A stretch of DNA of 64,000 bases from an uncultured Pseudomonadales bacterium (GCA_943787705.1 CALSNL010000001.1:396765-460764), one strand, 5' to 3'; positions 34,073 through 44,911 are shown, counted from the stretch's first letter. The notes: a model not told the origin generated them from the letters alone. Made by a program: numbers and translations.

Positions 34073-35592
34073 GATTCGTGCCAGCTTCTGTCATCACGCT
34101 CAGGAAGCGCAAGTGACTTAGTCGGGCCCATGGTGCCAGATGCATAAGGTTTAACTTTCAAACCGACATCGGTCCAGCTACTAATAATACTATCTGTCCA
34201 GCGCCATGCAGCTTCAACTTCATCGCTACGCATAAAGAGTGTTTGGTCACCATTAACAACATCCAATAATAAACGCTCGTAGGCATCATAGCTTTGTGAG
34301 CCATCTTCTGGATCAACACTTAAATCTAGCGCAACAGGCTGTAATTTTAATTTACCTGAAAGGCCAGGTTTTTTATGCAGTGTATGCAAACGGATATTTT
34401 CATCTGGCTGAATAGTGATAACCATTTTGTTGGCGAAGTCATTTGGATCATCTTCAAATAAAGAGAACGGTTGGCGTTTAAATTCAATCACGATTTCAGA
34501 ATATCGACGACGCAGACGCTTGCCGGTACGCAGATAAAATGGAACGCCTGCCCAGCGCCAGTTATGCACTTCGGCTTTAAGCGCAACAAAGGTTTCAGTG
34601 TTAGCAAATTGACTGCTTTCACCCTCGTTATCTTTGTAATCGTCTTCTTCTAAAAAGCCAACGACTGATTCGCTATCAACCGCGCCGCCTGTATATTGAC
34701 CGCGTACAACGTTATCTCTCACACTTTCTGAAGTGATAGGGCTTAACGCCTCAAGCACTTTAACTTTTTCATTACGAATAGCATCGGCATTGAGTTTTGA
34801 TGGTGGCTCCATAGCTACCATGCTGAGTATTTGTAATAAATGGTTTTGAACCATATCACGCAGTGCGCCTGTTTTACCGTAAAAAGCGGCTCGGCCTGCA
34901 ACGCCAATGGATTCAGCAACAGTAATTTGAACATTGTCGATATAGCGGTTATTCCATAGTGGATTAAAGAGCGCGTTACTAAATCGAAGTGTTAGCAAAT
35001 TCTGTACAGTTTCTTTGCCTAAATAGTGGTCAATACGGAAAGTTTTGGATTCATCGAAAACTTTACCCACTGCGGTATGTATTTCATTACAGGTTTCAAG
35101 ATTATTACCCAGCGGTTTCTCAAGTACTACTTGATCTATATCGGTAGCCAAACCATGTGATTTTAAATTTTCACAAATTGCACCATAAAGGGACGGCACG
35201 GTACTTAAATAATATGTTACCGGTGCGCGATTACCATCAATGGTTATCATCTCTGCTAGATCATCATATTGCGCTGAATTGGTAGCTTCGAGTTTGCAAT
35301 AATCCACTAGCTTAATGAATTTTTGCCACTCAGCTTCAACTGCTGCATTTTCAGCGTCGGAGTTACCTGAGAATAGTTTTCTTTTCTCGTCAACTAGGGC
35401 TATATATCCGTCGCGATCAAGCGCTGCACGACCAGTGCCAATAATTTTACCTACCGAATCGAGTAAGCTGCGTTGATTAAGGCCAAATAATGCAGGAAGA
35501 AGTTTACGAAGGGCAAGGTCGCCGTTGCCACCAACAATAACAATTGTTGATTTTAATTCGGTGTTGATTTTAGCTGTCATAGAGCAATCCAA
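34069..35592 (-). CDS. zwf: glucose-6-phosphate 1-dehydrogenase (start probably ATG at 35580)
   Basis: GGNGDLALRKLLPAL, RIDHYLGKE and EKPLG motifs. Confidence 0.95.
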   Translation of the reverse strand: MDCSMTAKINTELKSTIVIVGGNGDLALRKLLPALFGLNQRSLLDSVGKIIGTGRAALDRDGYIALVDEKRKLFSGNSDAENAAVEAEWQKFIKLVDYCKLEATNSAQYDDLAEMITIDGNRAPVTYYLSTVPSLYGAICENLKSHGLATDIDQVVLEKPLGNNLETCNEIHTAVGKVFDESKTFRIDHYLGKETVQNLLTLRFSNALFNPLWNNRYIDNVQITVAESIGVAGRAAFYGKTGALRDMVQNHLLQILSMVAMEPPSKLNADAIRNEKVKVLEALSPITSESVRDNVVRGQYTGGAVDSESVVGFLEEDDYKDNEGESSQFANTETFVALKAEVHNWRWAGVPFYLRTGKRLRRRYSEIVIEFKRQPFSLFEDDPNDFANKMVITIQPDENIRLHTLHKKPGLSGKLKLQPVALDLSVDPEDGSQSYDAYERLLLDVVNGDQTLFMRSDEVEAAWRWTDSIISSWTDVGLKVKPYASGTMGPTKSLALPERDDRSWHES

Positions 35593-35977
35593 TGGAGTTT
35601 TTTCAATAGTTCATTATGTAATGCTGTGTATCAAATATTTTTTATCAATTAATACTTTATGATATTGAACACAGACTTGTATTTAGGCTGATTATTATAG
35701 ACTTTAATGACGTAGATTAGGTGTTTTATGTTATTGCTGCCAGAAAAATACGTCAAGCACCTATTATTGTCTGTTAGTTTAAACAAAAACCCGAAGTATA
35801 AACATTATATTAGAGGCTATTCACCCGTATAATGTCACATAAGCAGATGCTGTTTCGTCAGGGCTTTACTCGATTTAAGATGGCAGACGGTCTTTGGTTT
35901 ATAATTTGTAGTTGTTTATTTCCAAAACCGACAATTATTCGTTTATTTTTAAGACTCAATAACAGGAAAATCCATAC

Positions 35978-36613
35978 ATGCACGATCCATCTCAAGAACA
36001 AAATAAGCAATTATTAAGTACTATTGGTCCCGTTGTCCCGGTTGCAGATTTTATCGATGAAGGGCATGCAAGTGCTTGTTGCGAGCTTTATACAGAGTGC
36101 GGCGTGCCAAGTGTCGAAGTAACACTTAGACGGCCTAACGCTTGGGATAGTGTGCGTAAATGTATTGAATTAATGCCCAATGCCCATATCGGTATTGGTA
36201 CGGTTATTGAGGCCGATCAATTAAGACAGGCTAAAGATCTAGGGGCTGCGTTCGCAATAAGCCCAGGTATTTCAGAAGAGCTAGTGTTATTAGCTCAGCA
36301 GTTAGATTTACCTTATTACCCAGGTATTGCAACGGCTAGTGAATTAATGAAAGCTCGCAGTTTAGGCCTTAGAGCCGTTAAGTTTTTCCCAGCTGAAGCG
36401 GCTGGCGGTATTCCCATGCTAAAGAGTCTGGGATCACCTTTTCCTGATATGGTCTTTTGTCCAACAGGCGGCATTAGTGTCAAAAACTATCAGGATTACC
36501 TAGCACTTGGCAATGTCAGCTGTGTTGGTGGTAGCTGGGTGGTGCCTAGTCAGGCTGCTTTAGCAGAATCGCCAGATACGGTTATTGCCGAATTAAAACA
36601 GCTTTACGGCTAG
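35978..36613 (+). CDS. eda: KDPG / KHG aldolase
   Basis: GPVVPV, VEVTLR and the Schiff-base region VKFFPAEAAGG. AGGAAA ribosome-binding site. Confidence 0.92.
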   Translation: MHDPSQEQNKQLLSTIGPVVPVADFIDEGHASACCELYTECGVPSVEVTLRRPNAWDSVRKCIELMPNAHIGIGTVIEADQLRQAKDLGAAFAISPGISEELVLLAQQLDLPYYPGIATASELMKARSLGLRAVKFFPAEAAGGIPMLKSLGSPFPDMVFCPTGGISVKNYQDYLALGNVSCVGGSWVVPSQAALAESPDTVIAELKQLYG

Positions 36614-36781
36614 CCATTAATGACACTTGGTTTAACGATTTAACTGGGTGTGACAGCTACTATTTATTGATATTTTTTTAACTCATTAATGTTTCATTTT
36701 TCGCGTACAAGGTCTGCTTATCTTCAATATCCTTGTTCGTATTAATATATTAATTTATTTCACTTAGGTTTAAAGTATTTT

Positions 36782-38236
36782 ATGACACCCAAAGAAATTC
36801 GCAAAAGAAGAACTAAAATTGTTGCTACATTAGGTCCAGCTTCAAGTACGCCAGACGTTATTGGTGAGTTAATTGAGAATGGCGTTAATGTCTTTCGATT
36901 AAATTTCTCTCATGGCACCCATGATCAGCATCGTCAGAATGCTAATACCGTTAGAGCTGAGTCTGAAAAGCGTAATCGTCATGTCGGTATTCTTGGTGAC
37001 TTACAAGGCCCGAAAATTCGTATTGGTGAATTGCAGACCGAGCAAAAACAATTGCATGAAGATCAAGCGATTGTTCTAACTACCGATAAAAGCACTGCTG
37101 ATAGCGAAAAAGACCGTGTTTATGTGGTTTATACGCCTTTACCAGAAAGTGTAGGAGCGGGCGATACGCTTTTACTCGATGACGGTCTAATCCGTATGCA
37201 AGTCGAATCTGTTGAAGGCAAAGATGTTAATTGTCGAGTTTCTCAAGCCGGCGTTTTAAAGTCTCGTAAGGGTATTAATCGCTTAGGTGGTGGTTTATCG
37301 GCTGACGCGATTACCGAGAAAGACCTTGAAGATCTTCAGGTTATTATTGACTTGAATCTTGAATACGTTGCGGTTTCTTTTCCTTGCTGTGGTGACGATT
37401 TGTTGCCCGTTAAAAACGCGCTTAAAGAAGCTAATTGCAATGCCAAGATTATTGCCAAAATTGAACGTGCAGAAGCCGTTGAATCTGAAGAGAGCGTGAA
37501 AGAGCTTATTGATGCAGCCGATGCAGTGATGGTTGCACGCGGTGATTTAGGCGTTGAAATCGGTGATGCTCAGCTAATCAGTATTCAAAAGCGAATTATC
37601 CGTTTGTCACGCCAGGCCAATAAGCCCGTTATTACTGCAACGCAGATGATGGAGTCGATGATTACTAACCCAGTGCCAACACGTGCTGAAGTTTTTGATG
37701 TCGCTAATGCTGTTTTAGATGGGACAGATGCAGTTATGTTATCGGGCGAAACTGCTGCAGGTAAGTTTCCTGTTAAGGTTGTTAAGGCCATGGCTGAAAC
37801 AGCACTGGGTGCAGAAAAACATCCTATGATGCGTCAGTCGAGCTACCGTGTTGATCGCACCTTTGACCTGGTTGATGAATCAATAGCCATGTCAGCTATG
37901 TATGCGGCAAACCATGTGAGCGGAGTGACCGCTATTATCTGTCTTACTGAGTCGGGTATTACGCCGTTATTAGCTTCACGCTTAAGCTCAATTTTGCCTA
38001 TTTTTGCTATTTCGCCGCATGTTGCTACCTGTAGAAGAATGGCGCTTTATCGTGGCGTTATCCCTATTTATTACGATGTTATGGCTGGTGAATCTGATCT
38101 TTGGGCAAAAGCGATTGAGTTAGTTGCTGAGCGTGGAGCCCTTGAAGTGGGTGATAGAGTTGCGATTACCTGTGGTGATTTGCACGGTAAAGGTGGTTCT
38201 ACCAATACGCTTAAAATTTTGGAATATAAGGGTTAG
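36782..38236 (+). CDS. pykA: pyruvate kinase (PykA-like)
   Basis: RRTKIVATLGPAS, NFSHG and MVARGDLGVE motifs. Confidence 0.94.
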   Translation: MTPKEIRKRRTKIVATLGPASSTPDVIGELIENGVNVFRLNFSHGTHDQHRQNANTVRAESEKRNRHVGILGDLQGPKIRIGELQTEQKQLHEDQAIVLTTDKSTADSEKDRVYVVYTPLPESVGAGDTLLLDDGLIRMQVESVEGKDVNCRVSQAGVLKSRKGINRLGGGLSADAITEKDLEDLQVIIDLNLEYVAVSFPCCGDDLLPVKNALKEANCNAKIIAKIERAEAVESEESVKELIDAADAVMVARGDLGVEIGDAQLISIQKRIIRLSRQANKPVITATQMMESMITNPVPTRAEVFDVANAVLDGTDAVMLSGETAAGKFPVKVVKAMAETALGAEKHPMMRQSSYRVDRTFDLVDESIAMSAMYAANHVSGVTAIICLTESGITPLLASRLSSILPIFAISPHVATCRRMALYRGVIPIYYDVMAGESDLWAKAIELVAERGALEVGDRVAITCGDLHGKGGSTNTLKILEYKG

Positions 38237-38305
38237 CATTTAACCTCTATTTCTTTTCCTTCCTCGCGGGTAAGCTTCTTACCCGCATATGCATTTATTT
38301 AATGT

Positions 38306-38325
38306 CTTGTCACATTTCTGTCATA
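38306..38325 (+). promoter_or_regulatory. Pho box upstream of phoBR
   Basis: CTTGTCAC ATTT CTGTCATA, two 7-bp half-sites with 11-bp phasing. The consensus is CTGTCATA(A/T)A(A/T)CTGTCA(C/T). Confidence 0.7.
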
Positions 38326-38423
38326 TTGCTAGTCTAGCCTTAATGCCTGTTTCATTGTTCTAATCACTATTTACTTCTGTTTTAAGCAGATGTTCAAATG
38401 TGCGTTGCTATAGTTAACTATCT

Positions 38424-38462
38424 GGTTATTTATAGGGTTATTTATAGGGCTATCTATATAGT
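38424..38462. repeat. 12-bp tandem repeat about x3 (ggttatttatag) in the phoB leader
   Basis: Direct reading of the sequence. Confidence 0.8.
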
Positions 38463-38544
38463 CCGCTTTTAGTTAATTCATGAATAGGCTGTAGAGAATC
38501 TGTAGCCATAAACGTCTTTTTTAATATATAAAGATTACTGATAA

Positions 38545-39258
38545 ATGATTGCTTATAAAATTCTTGTTGTTGATGACGAAGACGCTATTAGAGAGATGAT
38601 TAAAATTTCTCTGGAGTTAGCGGGGTTTCAATGTCTTGAAGCTGCCACGGCAATGGATGCGATGCCCTTAATTGTTGATGAGCGGCCAGATCTTATATTA
38701 CTTGATTGGATGATGCCTGAGGTCAGTGGTATTGAATTGCTGCGCCGACTTCGTCGCAATGATATGACTAAAGACATTCCAGTGATTCTTTTAACGGCGA
38801 AGGCCGAAGAGCAGAATGCTGTCCAGGCTCTCGATTCTGGTGCCGATGACTTTATCACTAAGCCTTTTAGGCCGCGTGAGTTAACGGCTAGAATAAAGTC
38901 GCTACTTCGCCGCACCGAAACAGTGACTGTTAATAAATTGATCGCCGTTAAAGGCTTGAGTCTTGACCCCATTGGCCATCTTGTTCTTATAAATGATAAA
39001 CCTGTGAGTATTGGCCCTACCGAATTTAAGTTACTTAAATTCTTTATGTGTCATCAAGAGCGGGTTTATACCCGCGGGCAGCTGCTTGATCAAGTATGGG
39101 GGGCTAATATTTATATAGAGGAGCGCACCGTTGATGTGCATATACGGCGGCTTCGTAAGGTATTAATGTCTTTTGATAGTGACGATTTTAAACTCGGCGA
39201 TTTTATTCAAACAGTACGTGGTACTGGCTACCGTTTTTCGGCTACACTAGCGACTTAG
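38545..39258 (+). CDS. phoB: phosphate regulon response regulator
   Basis: OmpR-family receiver plus winged helix (VDVHIRRLRK, VRGTGYRF). Adjacent to phoR and pst. Confidence 0.93.
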   Translation: MIAYKILVVDDEDAIREMIKISLELAGFQCLEAATAMDAMPLIVDERPDLILLDWMMPEVSGIELLRRLRRNDMTKDIPVILLTAKAEEQNAVQALDSGADDFITKPFRPRELTARIKSLLRRTETVTVNKLIAVKGLSLDPIGHLVLINDKPVSIGPTEFKLLKFFMCHQERVYTRGQLLDQVWGANIYIEERTVDVHIRRLRKVLMSFDSDDFKLGDFIQTVRGTGYRFSATLAT

Positions 39259-39357
39259 TTTGGCGGCACATTTATCTATTCTATAATGTGTACACTCTTT
39301 ATTCTTTGACGGTAAATAGTAGATGCACTCTCATTCCTTCGCTGACTCAATACGGTC

Positions 39358-40686
39358 ATGAAATCCTTATTTAGTAGTGAGCTGTCTAAGATATCCTTTC
39401 TATCTTTTATGGGTATTTTGGTTGGCTATCAGTTAGGTAATATCTGGCTAGGCCTCTCTATAGCTCTAAGTATTTATCTTATTAGTCACCTCTATTATTA
39501 TCGCCGCTTAGATGAATGGTTAGCTAAGGGTGGCCGCGTAGAAAAGCCTTTTACTAATTTATTCTGGTCAACCATTATGGATCAGGTACTGCGCTTACTT
39601 AATCAGTTGCGTAGAGATAAAATTCAGCTTAAATCTGATTTAGATTATTTTAAAGAGTCATTCCAAGCGTTGGACAGTGGTGTGGTAGTTGTCGATATTA
39701 AAGGCTCTATCGACTGGTGCAATATAGCGTCTTCACCCTTGTTAGGGCTTGATCTTGAGCGTGATAGAAAGCAGCCTTTTCATAACTTAGTGCGCGCTCC
39801 CGAAGTGCTTACTTATCTTGAAGCGCGTGATTTTGAAAAGCCACTGTATATTGTATCGCCTTGCTCTCTAGACCTTCATCTAGAGCTTCAAGCAACCACC
39901 TTTCGTCAAAACTACACGCTCATTTTTGCCAGAAATGTCACTGATGTCTTTAAGTTAGAAACAATGCGTCGAGATTTTGCAGCTAATGTGTCGCATGAGC
40001 TTCGCACGCCATTAACGGTTATTAAAGGCTATTTAGAAACGCTGCGTGATCATAGTGATGAGTTGCCAGATATTTGGCCGCGAGCGATAGATCAAATGTT
40101 AGATCAATCGGATCGAATGGACTCTATGGTAGAGGATCTTATTTGGCTATCTCGTCTTGAGGCGCTTCCCGTCAAAGAGGATGATATCGAATTGATCGAC
40201 CTCAGCGCTATTCTCGCCAGTGTAATTAATGATGCTCAGGTCTCTGCTCCTAATAAGTCTATTCAAGTGGATATTGCCGTTGATCAATTCAGTGCTTTGA
40301 ATCAACCGCCCACTGAACCACTGCAGATTACTGGTTGTTATCTTGAGTTACGAAGTGCCTTTAGTAACTTGGTGCAAAACGCAGTTAAGTACACTGCTAA
40401 GGATGGTCAAATACAAGTTCAGTGCTTTCCTCATAACGATAACCTTGTGGTTCGAGTTGTTGATAATGGTGATGGCATCGATTCCTTGCATATCCCTAGA
40501 CTGACTGAGCGGTTTTATCGGGCAGATGCGAGCAGAACATCATCAACGGGTGGTACTGGCCTTGGCCTAGCCATTGTTAAGCATATATTGGCTCGGCATG
40601 AGGCTGAACTAGATATTAAAAGTGAGGTGGGGGTAGGTAGTCAGTTCTCTTGTCTGTTTCCATTAGCGCAGCTTTATCGGCCATAA
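39358..40686 (+). CDS. phoR: phosphate regulon sensor kinase
   Basis: Two N-terminal TM segments, a PAS-like region, H-box SHELRTPLTV, and HATPase segments (DNGDGI, GGTGLGLAIV). Confidence 0.92.
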   Translation: MKSLFSSELSKISFLSFMGILVGYQLGNIWLGLSIALSIYLISHLYYYRRLDEWLAKGGRVEKPFTNLFWSTIMDQVLRLLNQLRRDKIQLKSDLDYFKESFQALDSGVVVVDIKGSIDWCNIASSPLLGLDLERDRKQPFHNLVRAPEVLTYLEARDFEKPLYIVSPCSLDLHLELQATTFRQNYTLIFARNVTDVFKLETMRRDFAANVSHELRTPLTVIKGYLETLRDHSDELPDIWPRAIDQMLDQSDRMDSMVEDLIWLSRLEALPVKEDDIELIDLSAILASVINDAQVSAPNKSIQVDIAVDQFSALNQPPTEPLQITGCYLELRSAFSNLVQNAVKYTAKDGQIQVQCFPHNDNLVVRVVDNGDGIDSLHIPRLTERFYRADASRTSSTGGTGLGLAIVKHILARHEAELDIKSEVGVGSQFSCLFPLAQLYRP

Positions 40687-40856
40687 AGGGTTATTGCTAG
40701 GTTTGCTAAGCACTTCTTATGTGACTAGCTTACCTTGTGACGTGTTCCATTTAGCTTTCTCGTATTTTATGGGCGGTCTTCTATCAATTCACCTCTGTAA
40801 GTAGTTGTTTTTAAATAACTTTTATTTTTTTAAAGTTTTTTCCTTTCTTCTCAGTT

Positions 40857-40890
40857 ATTTCATAAAAGTGTCATATTCTTTTCATATGAT
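40857..40890 (+). promoter_or_regulatory. tandem Pho-box half-sites upstream of pstS
   Basis: TTTCATA (40858), TGTCATA (40869) and TTTCATA (40880), with exact 11-bp phasing. Confidence 0.7.
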
Positions 40891-41004
40891 GTCCTCGTTC
40901 TAATGCATTCAGTAGATACTTAGTTATTTGATGCGACGTCTAATTGACTGCGCTCGTGCTAATGCATTTAAGTAAACTGCTTATAATTTATATTTGTCGA
41001 GGAA

Positions 41005-42051
41005 ATGAAAATGAAAATAACTTCTATAGTTGCATCGGTAGTATTACTTGCCTCAAGTAGTCTTAACGCAGCCAGTAATCGTGATTATATTGAAATTGTT
41101 GGTTCTTCAACCGTTTATCCTTTTGCGATTGCAGTTGCTGAACGTTTTGGTAAGCGCTCTAAATTCAAAACACCAAAAATTGAGTCAACCGGCTCGGGCG
41201 GTGGTTTAAAATTATTTTGTAATGGTGTTGGTGTCGCGCATCCGGATATGACTAATTCATCACGACGAATTAAACAAAAAGAATTTGAAATGTGTCAGAA
41301 AAACGGTGTCACTGACATTATAGAAGTATTGATTGGCTTCGACGGTATTGCTTTTGCTAACTCAAAAAAATCTGAGCAGTACTCACTCACACGTCGCGAT
41401 ATCTATTTAGCGCTTGCTAAAGATATTCCGAACCCAGATGGTTCAGAAACATTTATTGTTAATCCTCATAAAACATGGAATGACGTTAACAGCTCGTTGC
41501 CTGCCACTGCTATAGAAGTGTTAGGTCCTCCACCAACGTCGGGTACTCGTGATGCCTTTGCTGAATTGGCTTTAGAAGGTGGCTGTAAGTCTTTCCCATG
41601 GGTTAAAGCGTTTAAAAAGGTTGATAAAGGAGCCTATAAAGCTCGTTGTCACACTATTCGTGAAGATGGTCCTTATGTAGAAGCAGGTGAAAATGATAAT
41701 CTTATCGTTAATAAGCTAAATGCTAACCCATCTGCCTTTGGTGTGTTCGGTTATAGCTTTCTTGACCAAAATACCGACAAAGTACAAGGGTCTTTAATCG
41801 AAGGTTTTGAACCAACATTTGATTCAATTGCAGAAGGTGATTACAGCATCTCACGTCCCTTATACTTCTATGTTAAAAAAGCGCACATTGGCGTTGTTCC
41901 TGGCATAGAAGGTTACTTACGTGAATTTACTTCAGAGGCTACTTGGGGTGATGAAGGTTATTTAACTGATCGCGGAATGATTCCACTAAATGATGTAAAA
42001 CGTAAAGCGATTGGCGATGCAGTAAGAAATCAAACACCGTTAGAGTTATAA
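41005..42051 (+). CDS. pstS: phosphate ABC transporter substrate-binding protein
   Basis: Signal peptide, GSSTVYPF and SGSGGG motifs. First gene of the pst operon. Confidence 0.92.
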   Translation: MKMKITSIVASVVLLASSSLNAASNRDYIEIVGSSTVYPFAIAVAERFGKRSKFKTPKIESTGSGGGLKLFCNGVGVAHPDMTNSSRRIKQKEFEMCQKNGVTDIIEVLIGFDGIAFANSKKSEQYSLTRRDIYLALAKDIPNPDGSETFIVNPHKTWNDVNSSLPATAIEVLGPPPTSGTRDAFAELALEGGCKSFPWVKAFKKVDKGAYKARCHTIREDGPYVEAGENDNLIVNKLNANPSAFGVFGYSFLDQNTDKVQGSLIEGFEPTFDSIAEGDYSISRPLYFYVKKAHIGVVPGIEGYLREFTSEATWGDEGYLTDRGMIPLNDVKRKAIGDAVRNQTPLEL

Positions 42052-42221
42052 TTAATCGACGATAGTGGATTAGCTAAATTTGTTACTTGGCTAATGGTTA
42101 TAGAGGGCGACTTATAAAGTCGTCCTTTATTTTAGGTATTTTTTTATGGCTAGGTTCTTTTTAATGGTGTCTTTCAAACAGTATAATTGTGATTCATTAG
42201 TTTTTTGGTTATCGATATAGC

Positions 42222-43598
42222 ATGCCTTTTAATACGCTTTTCACAATATTTGTCGTTGTCATTGCTTTTTGTTTCTTTGCCGGTCAGCGCAGAGCACTTA
42301 AGCTAAAAAGTGATGGGTCTTCATTGCACTCATTGCCTTTTTATCATGGTACTTGGTTAATTATTGTGGGTGTTTTACCTGCACTTATCATTTTACTTGT
42401 TTGGTCTTTAGTCGAAAGTAGCATTATTAGAGCGGTTATCTTATCGGAACTTCCTGCTAATTTAATGCTTGTATCGGCTGCTGAAAAATCACTTTTATTC
42501 AGCGAGGTGGCTAATCTTGCGAATGGTCAAAGTTTATCGCCTAATGCCGAGCAATTAGCACCTTTAGCGAATCGTTATACGTTACTTGAATCATTAAGTG
42601 GCAAGCTTAAGCTCGGCTTAGCTCTAATAATATCAGTAATTGGCTTTGGCCTAGGCTGGTTACGCTTAAAGCCTGACTTCCGTGCTCGTAATCGTTTCGA
42701 GAGTACGGTAAGAATTATTTTAATGTCCTGTGCTAGCTTGGCCGTGTTAACGACGGTAGGCATTGTGTTCTCTGTATTATTTGAGGCTATGCGCTTTTTT
42801 GATACTGTTTCAATATTTGAATTTATATTCGGTACACATTGGAGCCCACAAATAGCGATTAGAGAGGGGCAGGTAGGCTCTTCAGGTGCCTTTGGAGCTG
42901 TCCCCTTATTCGTGGGTACCATGTTAATTTCTACAGTGGCGATGATAGTGGCTGTGCCTATAGGCTTAATGTCAGCTATTTACTTATCAGAATATGCCAG
43001 TCCTAAATTCCGTGCCTTTGCCAAGCCCTTATTAGAGGTTTTAGCAGGTGTGCCAACCGTTGTTTATGGCTTTTTCGCAGCTATTACCGTTGCGCCTATG
43101 CTTCGAGATTTTGGTGAGGCCTTGGGCTTAAGTGTGTCATCCGAAAGTGCACTTGCCGCTGGTCTTGTCATGGGCGTTATGATTATTCCTTTTGTTTCAT
43201 CGCTTTCAGACGATGTCATTAATGCTGTACCACAATCACTTCGTGACGGTTCATTTGGGCTAGGTGCAACACAATCAGAGACCATTCGACGCGTTATTAT
43301 TCCAGCTGCGTTACCGGGTATTGTTGGCGCTATATTACTTGCCGTATCGCGTGCAATTGGTGAGACGATGATCGTTGTTATGGCTGCAGGTTTGTCGGCT
43401 AACTTAACGATTAACCCATTAGAGACGGTGACTACGGTGACCGTACAAATAGTGACTTTACTCGTGGGTGACCAAGAGTTTGATTCGCCTAAGACTTTAG
43501 CGGCTTTTGCGCTTGGTCTTATGTTGTTTGTTACTACGCTTTGCTTAAATGTTGTTGCTCTATACGTGGTGAGAAGATACCGAGAGCAATACGATTAA
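42222..43598 (+). CDS. pstC: phosphate ABC transporter permease PstC (long form)
   Basis: Permease EAA-type loop (SRAIGETMIVVMAAG). Position in the operon. Confidence 0.92.
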   Translation: MPFNTLFTIFVVVIAFCFFAGQRRALKLKSDGSSLHSLPFYHGTWLIIVGVLPALIILLVWSLVESSIIRAVILSELPANLMLVSAAEKSLLFSEVANLANGQSLSPNAEQLAPLANRYTLLESLSGKLKLGLALIISVIGFGLGWLRLKPDFRARNRFESTVRIILMSCASLAVLTTVGIVFSVLFEAMRFFDTVSIFEFIFGTHWSPQIAIREGQVGSSGAFGAVPLFVGTMLISTVAMIVAVPIGLMSAIYLSEYASPKFRAFAKPLLEVLAGVPTVVYGFFAAITVAPMLRDFGEALGLSVSSESALAAGLVMGVMIIPFVSSLSDDVINAVPQSLRDGSFGLGATQSETIRRVIIPAALPGIVGAILLAVSRAIGETMIVVMAAGLSANLTINPLETVTTVTVQIVTLLVGDQEFDSPKTLAAFALGLMLFVTTLCLNVVALYVVRRYREQYD

Positions 43599-43633
43599 TT
43601 CAATTTTTTTAGAAGCTTTTACTGAGTTTATAT

Positions 43634-44911
43634 ATGAGTCGTTCTACCATCGACATCGTTAATAGGAATCTTGCTAAGCGTTACGCGAAAGAAAAGCGTT
43701 TTCGTCTTTTTGGCTTGGCTTCTATTTTAGCTGGCCTTACTGCGCTGTGCTTTTTATTGGTGACTATTGTCAGCAATGGCTGGGGTGCGTTTACTCAGAG
43801 CTATGTTCAGTTGACGCTAGACCTTGATCCAGAAATGTTATCGATTACTGATCCTTTAGATGATGATCAGTGGAGTTATGCAAATTATACTGGCGTAATT
43901 AAAAAATCATTACGTGAGCGCTTCCCCGATGTTACATCACGTAAAGACAAAAAACGTTTGTACCGCATTATTAGTCCTGGTGCTGGTTATCAAGTCAATC
44001 TACTTATGAAAGATCGTTCGTTACTCGGGCAAACGGTGACTGTTTGGTTGCCGGCTGATGATGACGTTGACTCAGTTATTAAAGGACATATTGACCGAAA
44101 CCGTCCTGAAAATGAACGCCGCGTGACGGATAAAACACTTGCTCTTATTGATGAGTTGGTTAATAACGGCGAGCTAGAGCGTAAATTTAATAACGTATTT
44201 TTTACCGCGGGTGATTCGAGTGAGCCTGAGCAGGCGGGTATAAAAGGTGCCATGTTAGGCTCCTTTTTTACTCTTATTGTTGCCTTGCTGCTGTCATTCC
44301 CTATAGGTATTGCCGCAGCTATTTATCTTGAAGAATTTGCACCAAAGAATAAATGGACCGATTTTATTGAGGTTAATATTAATAATCTTGCGGCAGTTCC
44401 CTCTATTGTTTTTGGTTTGTTAGGCTTGGCGGTTTTCTTAAATTGGTTTGGCTTACCGCGTTCTGTGCCATTAGTTGGCGGCATTGTGTTAACGCTTATG
44501 ACATTGCCTACGATTATTATTTCAAGTCGTGTAGCGCTTAAATCGGTTCCGCCATCTATTAGAGAGGCGGCATTAGGTCTTGGCGCTTCAAAAATGCAAA
44601 CCATTTTTGATCATGTACTGCCATTAGCACTGCCTGGAATGTTAACCGGTGGCATTATTGGTATGGCACAAGCGTTAGGCGAAACAGCCCCGTTATTAAT
44701 GATTGGTATGGTAGCGTTTATTGTCGATGTTCCTGGCTCCTTTACCGATCCAGCGACAGTGTTACCGGTACAGATTTTCTTGTGGTCAGACAGTCCAGAA
44801 CGCGCATTTGTAGAGCGAACTTCTGGTGCGATCATGGTATTACTGATGTTCTTAATTTTAATGAATTCTATTGCAGTGCTTCTACGTAAACGCTTTGAGC
44901 GTCGCTGGTAG
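43634..44911 (+). CDS. pstA: phosphate ABC transporter permease PstA (long form)
   Basis: Permease core (AQALGETAPLLMIG). Position in the operon. Confidence 0.92.
   Translation: MSRSTIDIVNRNLAKRYAKEKRFRLFGLASILAGLTALCFLLVTIVSNGWGAFTQSYVQLTLDLDPEMLSITDPLDDDQWSYANYTGVIKKSLRERFPDVTSRKDKKRLYRIISPGAGYQVNLLMKDRSLLGQTVTVWLPADDDVDSVIKGHIDRNRPENERRVTDKTLALIDELVNNGELERKFNNVFFTAGDSSEPEQAGIKGAMLGSFFTLIVALLLSFPIGIAAAIYLEEFAPKNKWTDFIEVNINNLAAVPSIVFGLLGLAVFLNWFGLPRSVPLVGGIVLTLMTLPTIIISSRVALKSVPPSIREAALGLGASKMQTIFDHVLPLALPGMLTGGIIGMAQALGETAPLLMIGMVAFIVDVPGSFTDPATVLPVQIFLWSDSPERAFVERTSGAIMVLLMFLILMNSIAVLLRKRFERRW

Noticed and set aside
35593-35977. HexR-type operator in the zwf/eda divergent region
   Set aside because: I looked for a TGTA...TACA-type palindrome. 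Only weak partial matches were found (for example tgttagtttaaaca at about 35770), too poor to call without a position weight matrix.
35832-36017. 61-aa ORF overlapping the eda start
   Set aside because: It overlaps the eda ribosome-binding site and start in another frame. It is AT-rich promoter DNA with no coding signal.
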